The notes below the pieces were generated by a model. That model saw only the letters and a list, made by a program, of their open reading frames with translations. It made no database searches and was not told where the DNA came from. From positions 20,671 through 84,670 of the forward strand of contig CAIOLF010000046.1 of the NCBI GenBank assembly GCA_903859075.1: a stretch of DNA of 64,000 bases, read 5' to 3'. Source of the DNA: Candidatus Buchananbacteria bacterium. Lineage in GTDB: Bacteria; Patescibacteriota; Patescibacteriia; 2-01-FULL-39-33. Positions 27,025 to 34,523 of the stretch are shown here, piece after piece; positions within the stretch are counted from its first letter, which is position 1; each line of letters begins with the position of its first letter. The position numbers and the translations under genes were made by a program.

Positions 27025-27145
27025 GGTACTAATATACGAATTATGCTAATGAAACTAATGGATACTAATAATAAATTACTAAAAAATAATTCGTAACCAT
27101 TCGTATCATTAGTATCTATTAGTATATTAGTATCTTTAATCCCTT

Positions 27146-28765
27146 ATGTTGACTTTTAAGAAAATTAATCATCAGCTGATCAATAACCAGTTCCTTGCCG
27201 GATTGGTTGTTTTTTTAATCTCGCTTATCATCTTTTCTTATCTGCAATTTTATCCCGGCATCAACGACCCGGATGCCTTTTACCACGTCAAAATTGCCCA
27301 GCTGATGAGCCAGCGGGGACTGATTACCGATTTCCCCTGGATGCAATTTTCCACCTGGAAAGACGGCTTTGTCGACCACCATTTCCTCTACCACGTGCTG
27401 CTGATACCCTTTGTCAGTTTTTTGCCGCCGCTTATCGGCGGAAAAATCTTTCAGATCATTCTCTGCTCTTTAGCCGTACTCGCCTTTTATTGGATGTTAA
27501 AAAAACTAAAAATCAAAGCCGCTTTCTGGTTTACTCTCGTCTTATTCCTGGCGCCATCGCTGCTCTTTCGCGTCAGCTTGGTCAAGGCGCAGCCGCTATC
27601 GCTGATAATCCTTTTTATCGGCTTGCATTTTATTTTCAATAAAAAACATTTTTCGCTTTTTTTAACCTCGCTGATTTACGTCCTGAGCTACGGCGGCTGG
27701 ATTTTGCTGCCGATTTTTTCCGTGCTTTACGCGCTGGTCGCGGCCTTTGATCAAGCGCTCCAATCCCTGCCCCAATTGCCCAAAAGCTACTGGCGCGCCG
27801 GCTGGCAACTGCTGCTTCGCTCATTAAAAAATTTATTCTCTTCCAAACTGTTTTGGCCGCTGGCCGCCTTTTCCGGCGCGGCCGCCGGACTGATTATCAA
27901 CCCTTTCTTCCCGCAGAATATTAATTTTTACTGGGTGCATATTTTCAAAATCGGCCTAATCAACTATCAAAAATACGTCGGCGTCGGCGGCGAATGGTAT
28001 CCGCTGAACTTTTCCGATTTGGCCTACCACGCGCTTATCCCTTTACTGCTGGCGACTATCGGGGCCGGCCTGCTGTTGTTTTATTTCCGCTCCAGCCGCA
28101 CCCCGGCCAAATTCTTCCTACTAAGTTCTTTTTTGCTACTGCTTTTGACGCTTAAATCACAACGAAATATTGAATACTTAATTCCTTTTTTGGTCGCTTC
28201 CGCCGCCGGCTCGCTTAATCTTTTCTGGGAAAACCAGCAGGCCCAAAACTGCCTGCTTCAGCTGGCCGGCAAGCTGAAAAAACTTTTTCCTGAAGCTTGG
28301 GTCAAAAAAACTGCCTGGTCGTTGGCTATCGTCATGCTTCTTTGTCTGGGAATTTTCTGCTTAGTTGACGCCAAAAAAAGATTAACGGACACCTCATTTT
28401 CCTTTGACTATTTAGGCGGCGCTTCGCGCTATCTGGCGAGCCACAGCCAGCCGCGCGATCTGGTGCTAAACAGCAACTGGTCCTATTTCCCGATGCTGTT
28501 TTATCATAATGACAAAAATTATTACGTCATCGGGCTTGATCCGACATTCATGTATCTCTATGATAAAAATCTGCAGAAAAAGATGATTGATATTACTTTG
28601 GGTAAGAGATATGAAGAGGCCTACGGAATCATTAAAAATGAATTGCGGGCAAAATACGTCCAAGTGGAAGCGAAGAATACCCTGTTCAAAAGCATCTTGG
28701 ATAATAACTTCAAATTCAAGAAGGTTTATGAAGACGGTGAAGGAGCGATTTATGAAGTGCTATAA
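27146..28765 (+). CDS. polytopic membrane glycosyltransferase, GT-C fold (ArnT/PMT/STT3-like) with C-terminal soluble domain
   Basis: 539 aa; about 12 TM helices, DPDAFYH in the first extracytoplasmic loop, C-terminal globular domain of about 120 aa. Confidence 0.5.
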   Translation: MLTFKKINHQLINNQFLAGLVVFLISLIIFSYLQFYPGINDPDAFYHVKIAQLMSQRGLITDFPWMQFSTWKDGFVDHHFLYHVLLIPFVSFLPPLIGGKIFQIILCSLAVLAFYWMLKKLKIKAAFWFTLVLFLAPSLLFRVSLVKAQPLSLIILFIGLHFIFNKKHFSLFLTSLIYVLSYGGWILLPIFSVLYALVAAFDQALQSLPQLPKSYWRAGWQLLLRSLKNLFSSKLFWPLAAFSGAAAGLIINPFFPQNINFYWVHIFKIGLINYQKYVGVGGEWYPLNFSDLAYHALIPLLLATIGAGLLLFYFRSSRTPAKFFLLSSFLLLLLTLKSQRNIEYLIPFLVASAAGSLNLFWENQQAQNCLLQLAGKLKKLFPEAWVKKTAWSLAIVMLLCLGIFCLVDAKKRLTDTSFSFDYLGGASRYLASHSQPRDLVLNSNWSYFPMLFYHNDKNYYVIGLDPTFMYLYDKNLQKKMIDITLGKRYEEAYGIIKNELRAKYVQVEAKNTLFKSILDNNFKFKKVYEDGEGAIYEVL

Positions 28766-28777
28766 TGTCCAAAACTA

Positions 28778-28806
28778 TTGACAAAACACAAAAAGTATGC
28801 TATAAT
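28778..28806 (+). promoter_or_regulatory. perfect-consensus sigma-70 promoter TTGACA-17-TATAAT
   Basis: ttgacaaaacacaaaaagtatgctataat read directly; about 150 nt upstream of the lipoprotein ATG. Confidence 0.55.
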
Positions 28807-28954
28807 TATATTTATACTACCTTATTAGCAAATCTGTGATTTTAGCTAAAATATAATAAATAATCCCAAAGTAGCTAAGATTATAGGTTTGGAAATAATG
28901 TAATCAACAGTACAAATGGTCGACTGCCAAAGGCAGCGACTTAGGGAGAATACA

Positions 28955-29344
28955 ATGAAAATGAGTTCTTTCGCGATCCTGGCTGCTCTGGCGATGATCC
29001 TGGCACTGGGCAGTGGCTGTGCCACCAGCGGGCCGGAATACGAGCGGAGCGCCTTTCATCAGGTCGTCGCCGGCCTTGACCACCCTCTTCGTGAGGGCGT
29101 GGTCGAAAACGGGCGTGACTATTCGGTAACCGTTTCAATCGACGGTGGCCCAGAGAAGTCGATTCCGGCCAGGTGTTTTACCACAATGTGCGCTCATGCC
29201 AATGCTAAATCGCACTTCGTGGTGAAGGCGGGATCAAGAGTCGTCTATGACGGCTACTACCCCATCTACAACGAACCCCTGGGCCACCTGTACGTGATGC
29301 CCGGGGGAAAAGGCATGGATACCGGCTGGATCTTCGGGATCTAG
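28955..29344 (+). CDS. putative lipoprotein (GC-rich, about 62% GC), function unknown
   Basis: Start at ATG 28955 with AGGGAGA upstream; signal peptide MKMSSFAILAALAMILALGSGC with a lipobox-like LGSGC. The ORF-track start 28916 has no RBS. Confidence 0.55.
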   Translation: MKMSSFAILAALAMILALGSGCATSGPEYERSAFHQVVAGLDHPLREGVVENGRDYSVTVSIDGGPEKSIPARCFTTMCAHANAKSHFVVKAGSRVVYDGYYPIYNEPLGHLYVMPGGKGMDTGWIFGI

Positions 29345-29363
29345 CCACAACCGTAAAACAAAA

Positions 29364-29410
29364 CCGCGGCGGGAAGCATGTTTGCGCTTCCCGCCGCGTT
29401 TCCTTTTCAA
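29364..29410. terminator. bidirectional GC-rich terminator between the lipoprotein and the first pilin gene
   Basis: ccgcggcgggaagc-atgtttgc-gcttcccgccgcgg, flanked by A/T runs on both sides. Confidence 0.8.
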
Positions 29411-29419
29411 AAAATAATT

Positions 29420-29851
29420 TTATCCGGCCGTGCCCCCGGCAGCTGTCTTGCCAATCTGAGCGATTACGAAAGAGGTAATGGCATAAGCCATAAAAATAAT
29501 CACAATGGCGACAACGCCCTGAATGATGGTCTTTCTGGCTTTGGTAATTTTAGTTTCATCGCCTTGAGCCATCATCCACATGAATCCGGCGTAAATAACG
29601 ATGAGCACGAACACAACGCCGAGCAGTCCCAGTAAGACCCCAACCACATTGCCGATGGTCTTCGGCAGATTGGCGCCCTCACCGCCTAATTGCTGAAGTC
29701 CAGTGGCCGTAAGATTTCCTTCTATATTGGTCACAATATCGGCCGAGGCCGGATGTACCAGGCCTAGCCCCAAAACCGGCACGGCCAGGAACATAACCAC
29801 CATCAGAAAAGAAAATAGATGTTTTCTCTTTTCCTTTAATAATTTTTTCAT
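29420..29851 (-). CDS. TrbC/VirB2-like (T4SS-type) pilin family small membrane protein, paralog 5 of 5
   Basis: 143 aa; N-terminal signal/TM, conserved C-terminal block IYAGFMWMMAQGDETKITKARKTIIQGVVAIVIIFMAYAITSFV shared with neighbours. Confidence 0.6.
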   Translation of the reverse strand: MKKLLKEKRKHLFSFLMVVMFLAVPVLGLGLVHPASADIVTNIEGNLTATGLQQLGGEGANLPKTIGNVVGVLLGLLGVVFVLIVIYAGFMWMMAQGDETKITKARKTIIQGVVAIVIIFMAYAITSFVIAQIGKTAAGGTAG

Positions 29852-29953
29852 AGCTTTTTAGTTAATTTTATATTAATTATTTATTTTTACTTTCAATCAC
29901 TTAGGCGGACTGCCGCCTAAGCCATGAAAACAATCTATCTAAACTAGAAGATT

Positions 29954-30364
29954 CTATCTGAACTTGAAAATATTGACCACAAACGACGTAATACCATAAG
30001 AAAGCATGACAATAATAAACCCAGTGAGTGCCGTAATGATTATATTGCGAGCTGATTTTATTTTTGTCTCGTCGCCGCGAGCCAGCATCCACATTACTCC
30101 GGCATAAATCGTCAAGACCAGAAAAAGAACTCCGATACCGGCCAGCACTGTTTTAATCACATTGCCGACAAAACTCGGCAGACTGGTCGATCTATCCAGA
30201 CCGGTGCCGGCGACCGCTCTCCTCAGTCCGGAAATCGGATTTACCGTGTCCGCGGCATAAACGGCGGTAAAACAAAAAATCCCTACAAGCAGAAAAAACA
30301 GCAAGGTGCTCAAAAAACGATAATTGATTTTATTTTTCCAAAGCATTTTTCTGGGTTTAATCAA
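29954..30364 (-). CDS. TrbC/VirB2-like pilin family small membrane protein, paralog 4
   Basis: 136 aa; IYAGVMWMLARGDETKIKSARNIIITALTGFIIVMLSYGITSFV. Confidence 0.6.
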   Translation of the reverse strand: MIKPRKMLWKNKINYRFLSTLLFFLLVGIFCFTAVYAADTVNPISGLRRAVAGTGLDRSTSLPSFVGNVIKTVLAGIGVLFLVLTIYAGVMWMLARGDETKIKSARNIIITALTGFIIVMLSYGITSFVVNIFKFR

Positions 30365-30403
30365 GGGGGGCGTAAAAACGCCCCCTTTGTTAAATTATAT
30401 TTA

Positions 30404-30781
30404 TTACACTGTGGCGTTGCTCTGGGCAGCCAAGCTGCCAATAACAAATTGGGCGATGGCGAAAGCGGCAAAAATAACCACCAAACCGATAATACCGGCG
30501 ATGATGAGTTTTTTGGCTTTGGTCACCTTTTCTTCGTTGCCGGCAGCAGTCATCCACATAAAACCGCCGTAAAGGATGATAAGAACCGCTACGACGCCGA
30601 GCAATCCCATAATGACATTGACGATGCCGCCAATCATCGGGACAAATTCCGCAGTGCCGCCTCCGGCTGCTTCTCTGAAATTTGTAAAGTTCTCACTTTG
30701 GGCAAAAACGATGGCTGGCATAATGAAGGCCATAACAGCCGCGGAAATCGCAGAAATCTTAATTAAAGCTAATTTTTTCAT
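30404..30781 (-). CDS. TrbC/VirB2-like pilin family small membrane protein, paralog 3
   Basis: 125 aa; signal peptide then LYGGFMWMTAAGNEEKVTKAKKLIIAGIIGLVVIFAAFAIAQFV. Confidence 0.6.
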   Translation of the reverse strand: MKKLALIKISAISAAVMAFIMPAIVFAQSENFTNFREAAGGGTAEFVPMIGGIVNVIMGLLGVVAVLIILYGGFMWMTAAGNEEKVTKAKKLIIAGIIGLVVIFAAFAIAQFVIGSLAAQSNATV

Positions 30782-30926
30782 GTTGTCACCCCCTTTCTTG
30801 GCCTCGCTTTATAAAAAAAATTATTAGCGAGAGTTGTTATTTATATACTAATTATAAAACATTCTGCTGATTTAAGCCACTATTTATCCACACTAAAACA
30901 AAAAAAATGCGCCTAATTTGGAGCAA

Positions 30927-31292
30927 TTATCTCGCCGAAGCTCCCGGCGTCGGATAGCCGAAGGCGTTGAAAACAAGCACCAAGATGCTATAAGAGGCAA
31001 AAATAATCACCAGACCGGCCACCGCCCAGATCATGGTTTTTTTGGCTTTGGTAATCTTTCCGGCATCGCCGCCGGAAGTCATCCAAGTAAATCCCGCCCA
31101 AATAAAAGCCAGTAAAGCGATTACGCCCAACATTCCCAGCGTGACATTGAGGGCATTGCTTAGCATCGCCGATAAGTCCGCTGCCGGAGCTGCCGGATGA
31201 TAAGTAACGCTGTCCGCCTGGGCATGGACCGTACCGGCAAACGCTAGCCAGGAAACAGTCGAGGTAAACGATGCTAAGAAAAATTTCTTCAT
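30927..31292 (-). CDS. TrbC/VirB2-like pilin family small membrane protein, paralog 2
   Basis: 121 aa; signal peptide (...AGTVHA) then IWAGFTWMTSGGDAGKITKAKKTMIWAVAGLVIIFASYSI. Confidence 0.6.
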   Translation of the reverse strand: MKKFFLASFTSTVSWLAFAGTVHAQADSVTYHPAAPAADLSAMLSNALNVTLGMLGVIALLAFIWAGFTWMTSGGDAGKITKAKKTMIWAVAGLVIIFASYSILVLVFNAFGYPTPGASAR

Positions 31293-31299
31293 AGAATAA

Positions 31300-31779
31300 T
31301 TATTGGCCGCCGCACTTATACGTCTGCAAACTGCTGCTTTTTGTCATTGCGCTCAAAGCGCTAGGAAAAGCGCCGGAAGGAGAGCTGCCGTAGAAAGCAA
31401 AAACTAAAGTGTTGGCCAAGGTCCAAGAAGCAAAAATTATCAGCAGGCCGACCAGAGTGGCAATGATGATATTTTTCCCCATAGTAATGCGATCGCTGCC
31501 ATAAGCGGTGATCATTATGATGCCGCCGATAATAAACATCAAAATGGCAATCGCTCCCGAGAAAGAAACAATCATGTCCGACGCATTAACGCCCACCTGA
31601 ATTAGATCGCAGGGGGTGCAATTGCCGGTGCCAATGCAGCCAGGGCTGACCCCTTGCATTAAGTAGGCGCCGCTGCCTGCGCCGCCTTCGTCCGCAGCGC
31701 CAGCCGCTGAGGCCAAAAAAACATTAGCGCCAAGAATCAGGCTCATAACGATTAACATTGTCGCTGCTATTTTTTTCAT
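31300..31779 (-). CDS. divergent member of the same small-membrane-protein family, Cys-rich ectodomain, paralog 1
   Basis: 159 aa; signal peptide, CIGTGNCTPC, then ITAYGSDRITMGKNIIIATLVGLLIIFASWTL (weaker match to the family block). Confidence 0.5.
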   Translation of the reverse strand: MKKIAATMLIVMSLILGANVFLASAAGAADEGGAGSGAYLMQGVSPGCIGTGNCTPCDLIQVGVNASDMIVSFSGAIAILMFIIGGIIMITAYGSDRITMGKNIIIATLVGLLIIFASWTLANTLVFAFYGSSPSGAFPSALSAMTKSSSLQTYKCGGQ

Positions 31780-31792
31780 AAGTCAAGGTTAC

Positions 31793-33211
31793 TTATTTTT
31801 TCGCCGGCGGGATCGGATCGGGAAGATTCTGCTCAGTGTCCACCGTCTGGGCGATTTTTTCCAACGCTATGCTCAGAATATCTTTTATCTGCCTGGGATC
31901 GGTTGCCGCCAGATATTTGTCGATCATCTCCGCGAAAGCGGCTTCGGCTGCCTTCGGCTCTTTGCCCTTATACCAAGTCTTGGCCGTCAAAATCTGGGAA
32001 ACTGAAGGGTATAAATCCTGATCTTCGATTTGCTTTTCGATTAATTTTTTGAGCGCCGTCGGACGCTTGGTCTTGTCTAAGAATTTTTTGGCCTCCGCGT
32101 CCTTGGTGGTGGCAAAAAGCACAAAATCCCAGGCTTCATCTTTATATTTCGTTTTTTTAGAAACCGACTCCACCCAATAATCGGCATAATTAGCCGTGGG
32201 GTTGCCGGGAATCTGGGGGATCGGCGCGATAGTAAAATTAAGCTTGGGAGCGCGAGCCCGGATAATCGGAATTTGAAAATTATAATCAAGGATAAAAGCC
32301 GTTTTTCCCGAAAGAAAAGTCTCAAAAGCGCTGCTGGCCATGGAGCCGTTCCAGCTGTAAACGCCCTTTAAGGGATTGGCAAAATCAGTATAAAACTGCA
32401 AAGCTACCTGTCCCTCGCTCTCCTTCTCGCCCTTTTTGGGAGTAAAAAATGTCGGTTGTCCCAAGGGGCCGGCCATCTGGGCGCCGTTCTGCATCATTAA
32501 GACGGAAAGGATGTCAAAACTTTGCTCGACGTTGGCGCCGGTACCCAAGGCCGCGCCCGAGAGAATAATATTATTATCCTGATCTATCTTGGTTATTTTT
32601 TGGACTGCCTGCTGAAATGATTTCCAATCAGCCGGCACCTGGGAGATTCCGGCCTGATTAAGAATGTCTTTATTATAAAACATTATCAAACTCTCCAAGC
32701 TCAGCGGCAAGCCGTAGACTTGCTGACGCAAAATAACGTCATCAGCGACAGTATCAGCGAACAATTCTTTAAGCTGACGCAGGCTGGGCGTCGGTGAAGT
32801 CTTGAGAGTGACAACCGTTTCCTTTTTAATCGTGCCTTGAATTTCTGAATAAGCCATGGTTAACTGGGACGGCATCGGCTCGATCTTGGCCTGATAACTT
32901 CTTATCCAACTCTGAGGGATGGAGAAAATGTCCGGCCCGCGATCCTCGGCTAAAGCATTTAAAAGCTCCGTCTCGTACTCCTCATAACGGAATTTGCGGT
33001 AATTAATCCTGATATTGGGGTGAGCCGTCTGATAATCCTTGATAATATCAGTAAAAGAATCGTCATCATCCCAAACACGCCAATAATTAAGAGTGATATC
33101 TTTCATTTTTTCCTGGGTCTGCTGATCCTGGAGCTTGCAGCCGAAGCCGGAAGTTATTAAGAAAACGGCTATGAGCGATAAACTTAATATGCGGGAATAG
33201 CTATTCTTCAT
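31793..33211 (-). CDS. extracellular solute-binding protein family 1 (ABC-type sugar-binding-like) lipoprotein
   Basis: 472 aa; signal plus lipobox-like ITSGFGC, SBP_bac_1-like N-terminal block LNYWRVWDDDD...PDIF. Heads the pilin operon; no permease or ATPase genes are adjacent. Confidence 0.7.
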   Translation of the reverse strand: MKNSYSRILSLSLIAVFLITSGFGCKLQDQQTQEKMKDITLNYWRVWDDDDSFTDIIKDYQTAHPNIRINYRKFRYEEYETELLNALAEDRGPDIFSIPQSWIRSYQAKIEPMPSQLTMAYSEIQGTIKKETVVTLKTSPTPSLRQLKELFADTVADDVILRQQVYGLPLSLESLIMFYNKDILNQAGISQVPADWKSFQQAVQKITKIDQDNNIILSGAALGTGANVEQSFDILSVLMMQNGAQMAGPLGQPTFFTPKKGEKESEGQVALQFYTDFANPLKGVYSWNGSMASSAFETFLSGKTAFILDYNFQIPIIRARAPKLNFTIAPIPQIPGNPTANYADYWVESVSKKTKYKDEAWDFVLFATTKDAEAKKFLDKTKRPTALKKLIEKQIEDQDLYPSVSQILTAKTWYKGKEPKAAEAAFAEMIDKYLAATDPRQIKDILSIALEKIAQTVDTEQNLPDPIPPAKK

Positions 33212-33214
33212 AAA

Positions 33215-33259
33215 AATGTCTTAAATTATAATGTCTTAAATTATAATGTCTTAAATTAT
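33215..33259. repeat. three tandem copies of a 15-bp unit (aatgtcttaaattat), each carrying TATAAT on the minus strand, starting 4 nt upstream of the SBP start codon
   Basis: Read directly: aatgtcttaaattat x3 at 33215-33229, 33230-33244 and 33245-33259. Confidence 0.85.
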
Positions 33260-33346
33260 AAAAAATGCCCTAAATGATCGTGCCTGGCCTCAGCAATTCA
33301 TTAATTTTATTATAGCATATTTACGCGTATAATAAAAAATATCTCC

Positions 33347-33375
33347 TTGACAAAAATAAAGTCGCCTTGTATACT
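33347..33375 (+). promoter_or_regulatory. near-consensus sigma-70 promoter TTGACA-17-TATACT
   Basis: ttgacaaaaataaagtcgccttgtatact; followed by an AAGGAGA Shine-Dalgarno and ATG at 33435. Confidence 0.55.
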
Positions 33376-33434
33376 AATTTTTGGTCGCTCAGTACAGGCG
33401 GCTGTAGTGTAAGTCAAATCAAGGAGAAATAGGC

Positions 33435-33824
33435 ATGGCGAGTAAAAAGACGAATGTATGGGAAACAATCATGGCCTCGTTAAATGAGGACGAGGACGCC
33501 GCGGTCTGGCAAAAGCTGCCCAAGGACGATGATGCCGGACTGCCTAGCGGGATCCACGCCTGGCAAATCAACTTGGCCCTAATGAGAATAATCCGGGCCA
33601 GTGATCCGCCCAAACGCCTGCACCGGCGCCTGGTGCTCGCGGTAATCCATAACTCGGCCATTAACGCCGACGAGACGCAGTATCGGGCTGAGGCGGCCAA
33701 AGTCATCCGGCTGCTCTTGGGCCGAGAATTGCTGCAAGACGCCCTCGATGAGGCAGTCGGCGACAAGCGAGACAACTTGGCCGCTCTTCGAGACGAAGTT
33801 ATCCAATTGGACGTGGGGAAGTAG
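33435..33824 (+). CDS. hypothetical protein (GC-rich, about 60%), last gene before the palindrome axis
   Basis: 129-aa ORF with a strong promoter and Shine-Dalgarno; Asp/Glu-rich N-terminus. No motif recognised. Confidence 0.55.
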   Translation: MASKKTNVWETIMASLNEDEDAAVWQKLPKDDDAGLPSGIHAWQINLALMRIIRASDPPKRLHRRLVLAVIHNSAINADETQYRAEAAKVIRLLLGRELLQDALDEAVGDKRDNLAALRDEVIQLDVGK

Positions 33825-33844
33825 AACGACGGGGATACCTCCCT

Positions 33845-33890
33845 TATGACACAAAAGGTTCGGACTTAAGTCCGAACCTTTTGTGTCATA
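33845..33890. repeat. axis of the window-scale inverted repeat; locally a perfect hairpin gacacaaaaggttcggac-TTAA-gtccgaaccttttgtgtc centred on CTTAAG
   Basis: Read directly; the centre lies between 33867 and 33868. Confidence 0.9.
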
Positions 33891-33910
33891 AGGGAGGTAT
33901 CCCCGTCGTT

Positions 33911-34300
33911 CTACTTCCCCACGTCCAATTGGATAACTTCGTCTCGAAGAGCGGCCAAGTTGTCTCGCTTGTCGCCGACTGCCTCATCGAGGGCGTCTTG
34001 CAGCAATTCTCGGCCCAAGAGCAGCCGGATGACTTTGGCCGCCTCAGCCCGATACTGCGTCTCGTCGGCGTTAATGGCCGAGTTATGGATTACCGCGAGC
34101 ACCAGGCGCCGGTGCAGGCGTTTGGGCGGATCACTGGCCCGGATTATTCTCATTAGGGCCAAGTTGATTTGCCAGGCGTGGATCCCGCTAGGCAGTCCGG
34201 CATCATCGTCCTTGGGCAGCTTTTGCCAGACCGCGGCGTCCTCGTCCTCATTTAACGAGGCCATGATTGTTTCCCATACATTCGTCTTTTTACTCGCCAT
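33911..34300 (-). CDS. mirror copy of 33435-33824: hypothetical GC-rich protein
   Basis: Identical protein on the opposite strand at 67735 - x. Confidence 0.55.
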   Translation of the reverse strand: MASKKTNVWETIMASLNEDEDAAVWQKLPKDDDAGLPSGIHAWQINLALMRIIRASDPPKRLHRRLVLAVIHNSAINADETQYRAEAAKVIRLLLGRELLQDALDEAVGDKRDNLAALRDEVIQLDVGK

Positions 34301-34475
34301 GCCTATTTCTCCTTGATTTGACTTACACTACAGCCGCCTGTACTGAGCGACCAAAAATTAGTATACAAGGCGACTTTATTTTTGTCAAGGAGATATTTTT
34401 TATTATACGCGTAAATATGCTATAATAAAATTAATGAATTGCTGAGGCCAGGCACGATCATTTAGGGCATTTTTT

Positions 34476-34520
34476 ATAATTTAAGACATTATAATTTAAG
34501 ACATTATAATTTAAGACATT
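34476..34520. repeat. mirror copy of the 3 x 15-bp tandem repeat
   Basis: Reverse complement of 33215-33259. Confidence 0.85.
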
Positions 34521-34523
34521 TTT

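Noticed and set aside
33215-33259. CRISPR array
   Set aside because: There are only three 15-bp direct repeats, contiguous with no spacers. No other repeat-spacer structure was seen anywhere in the window.
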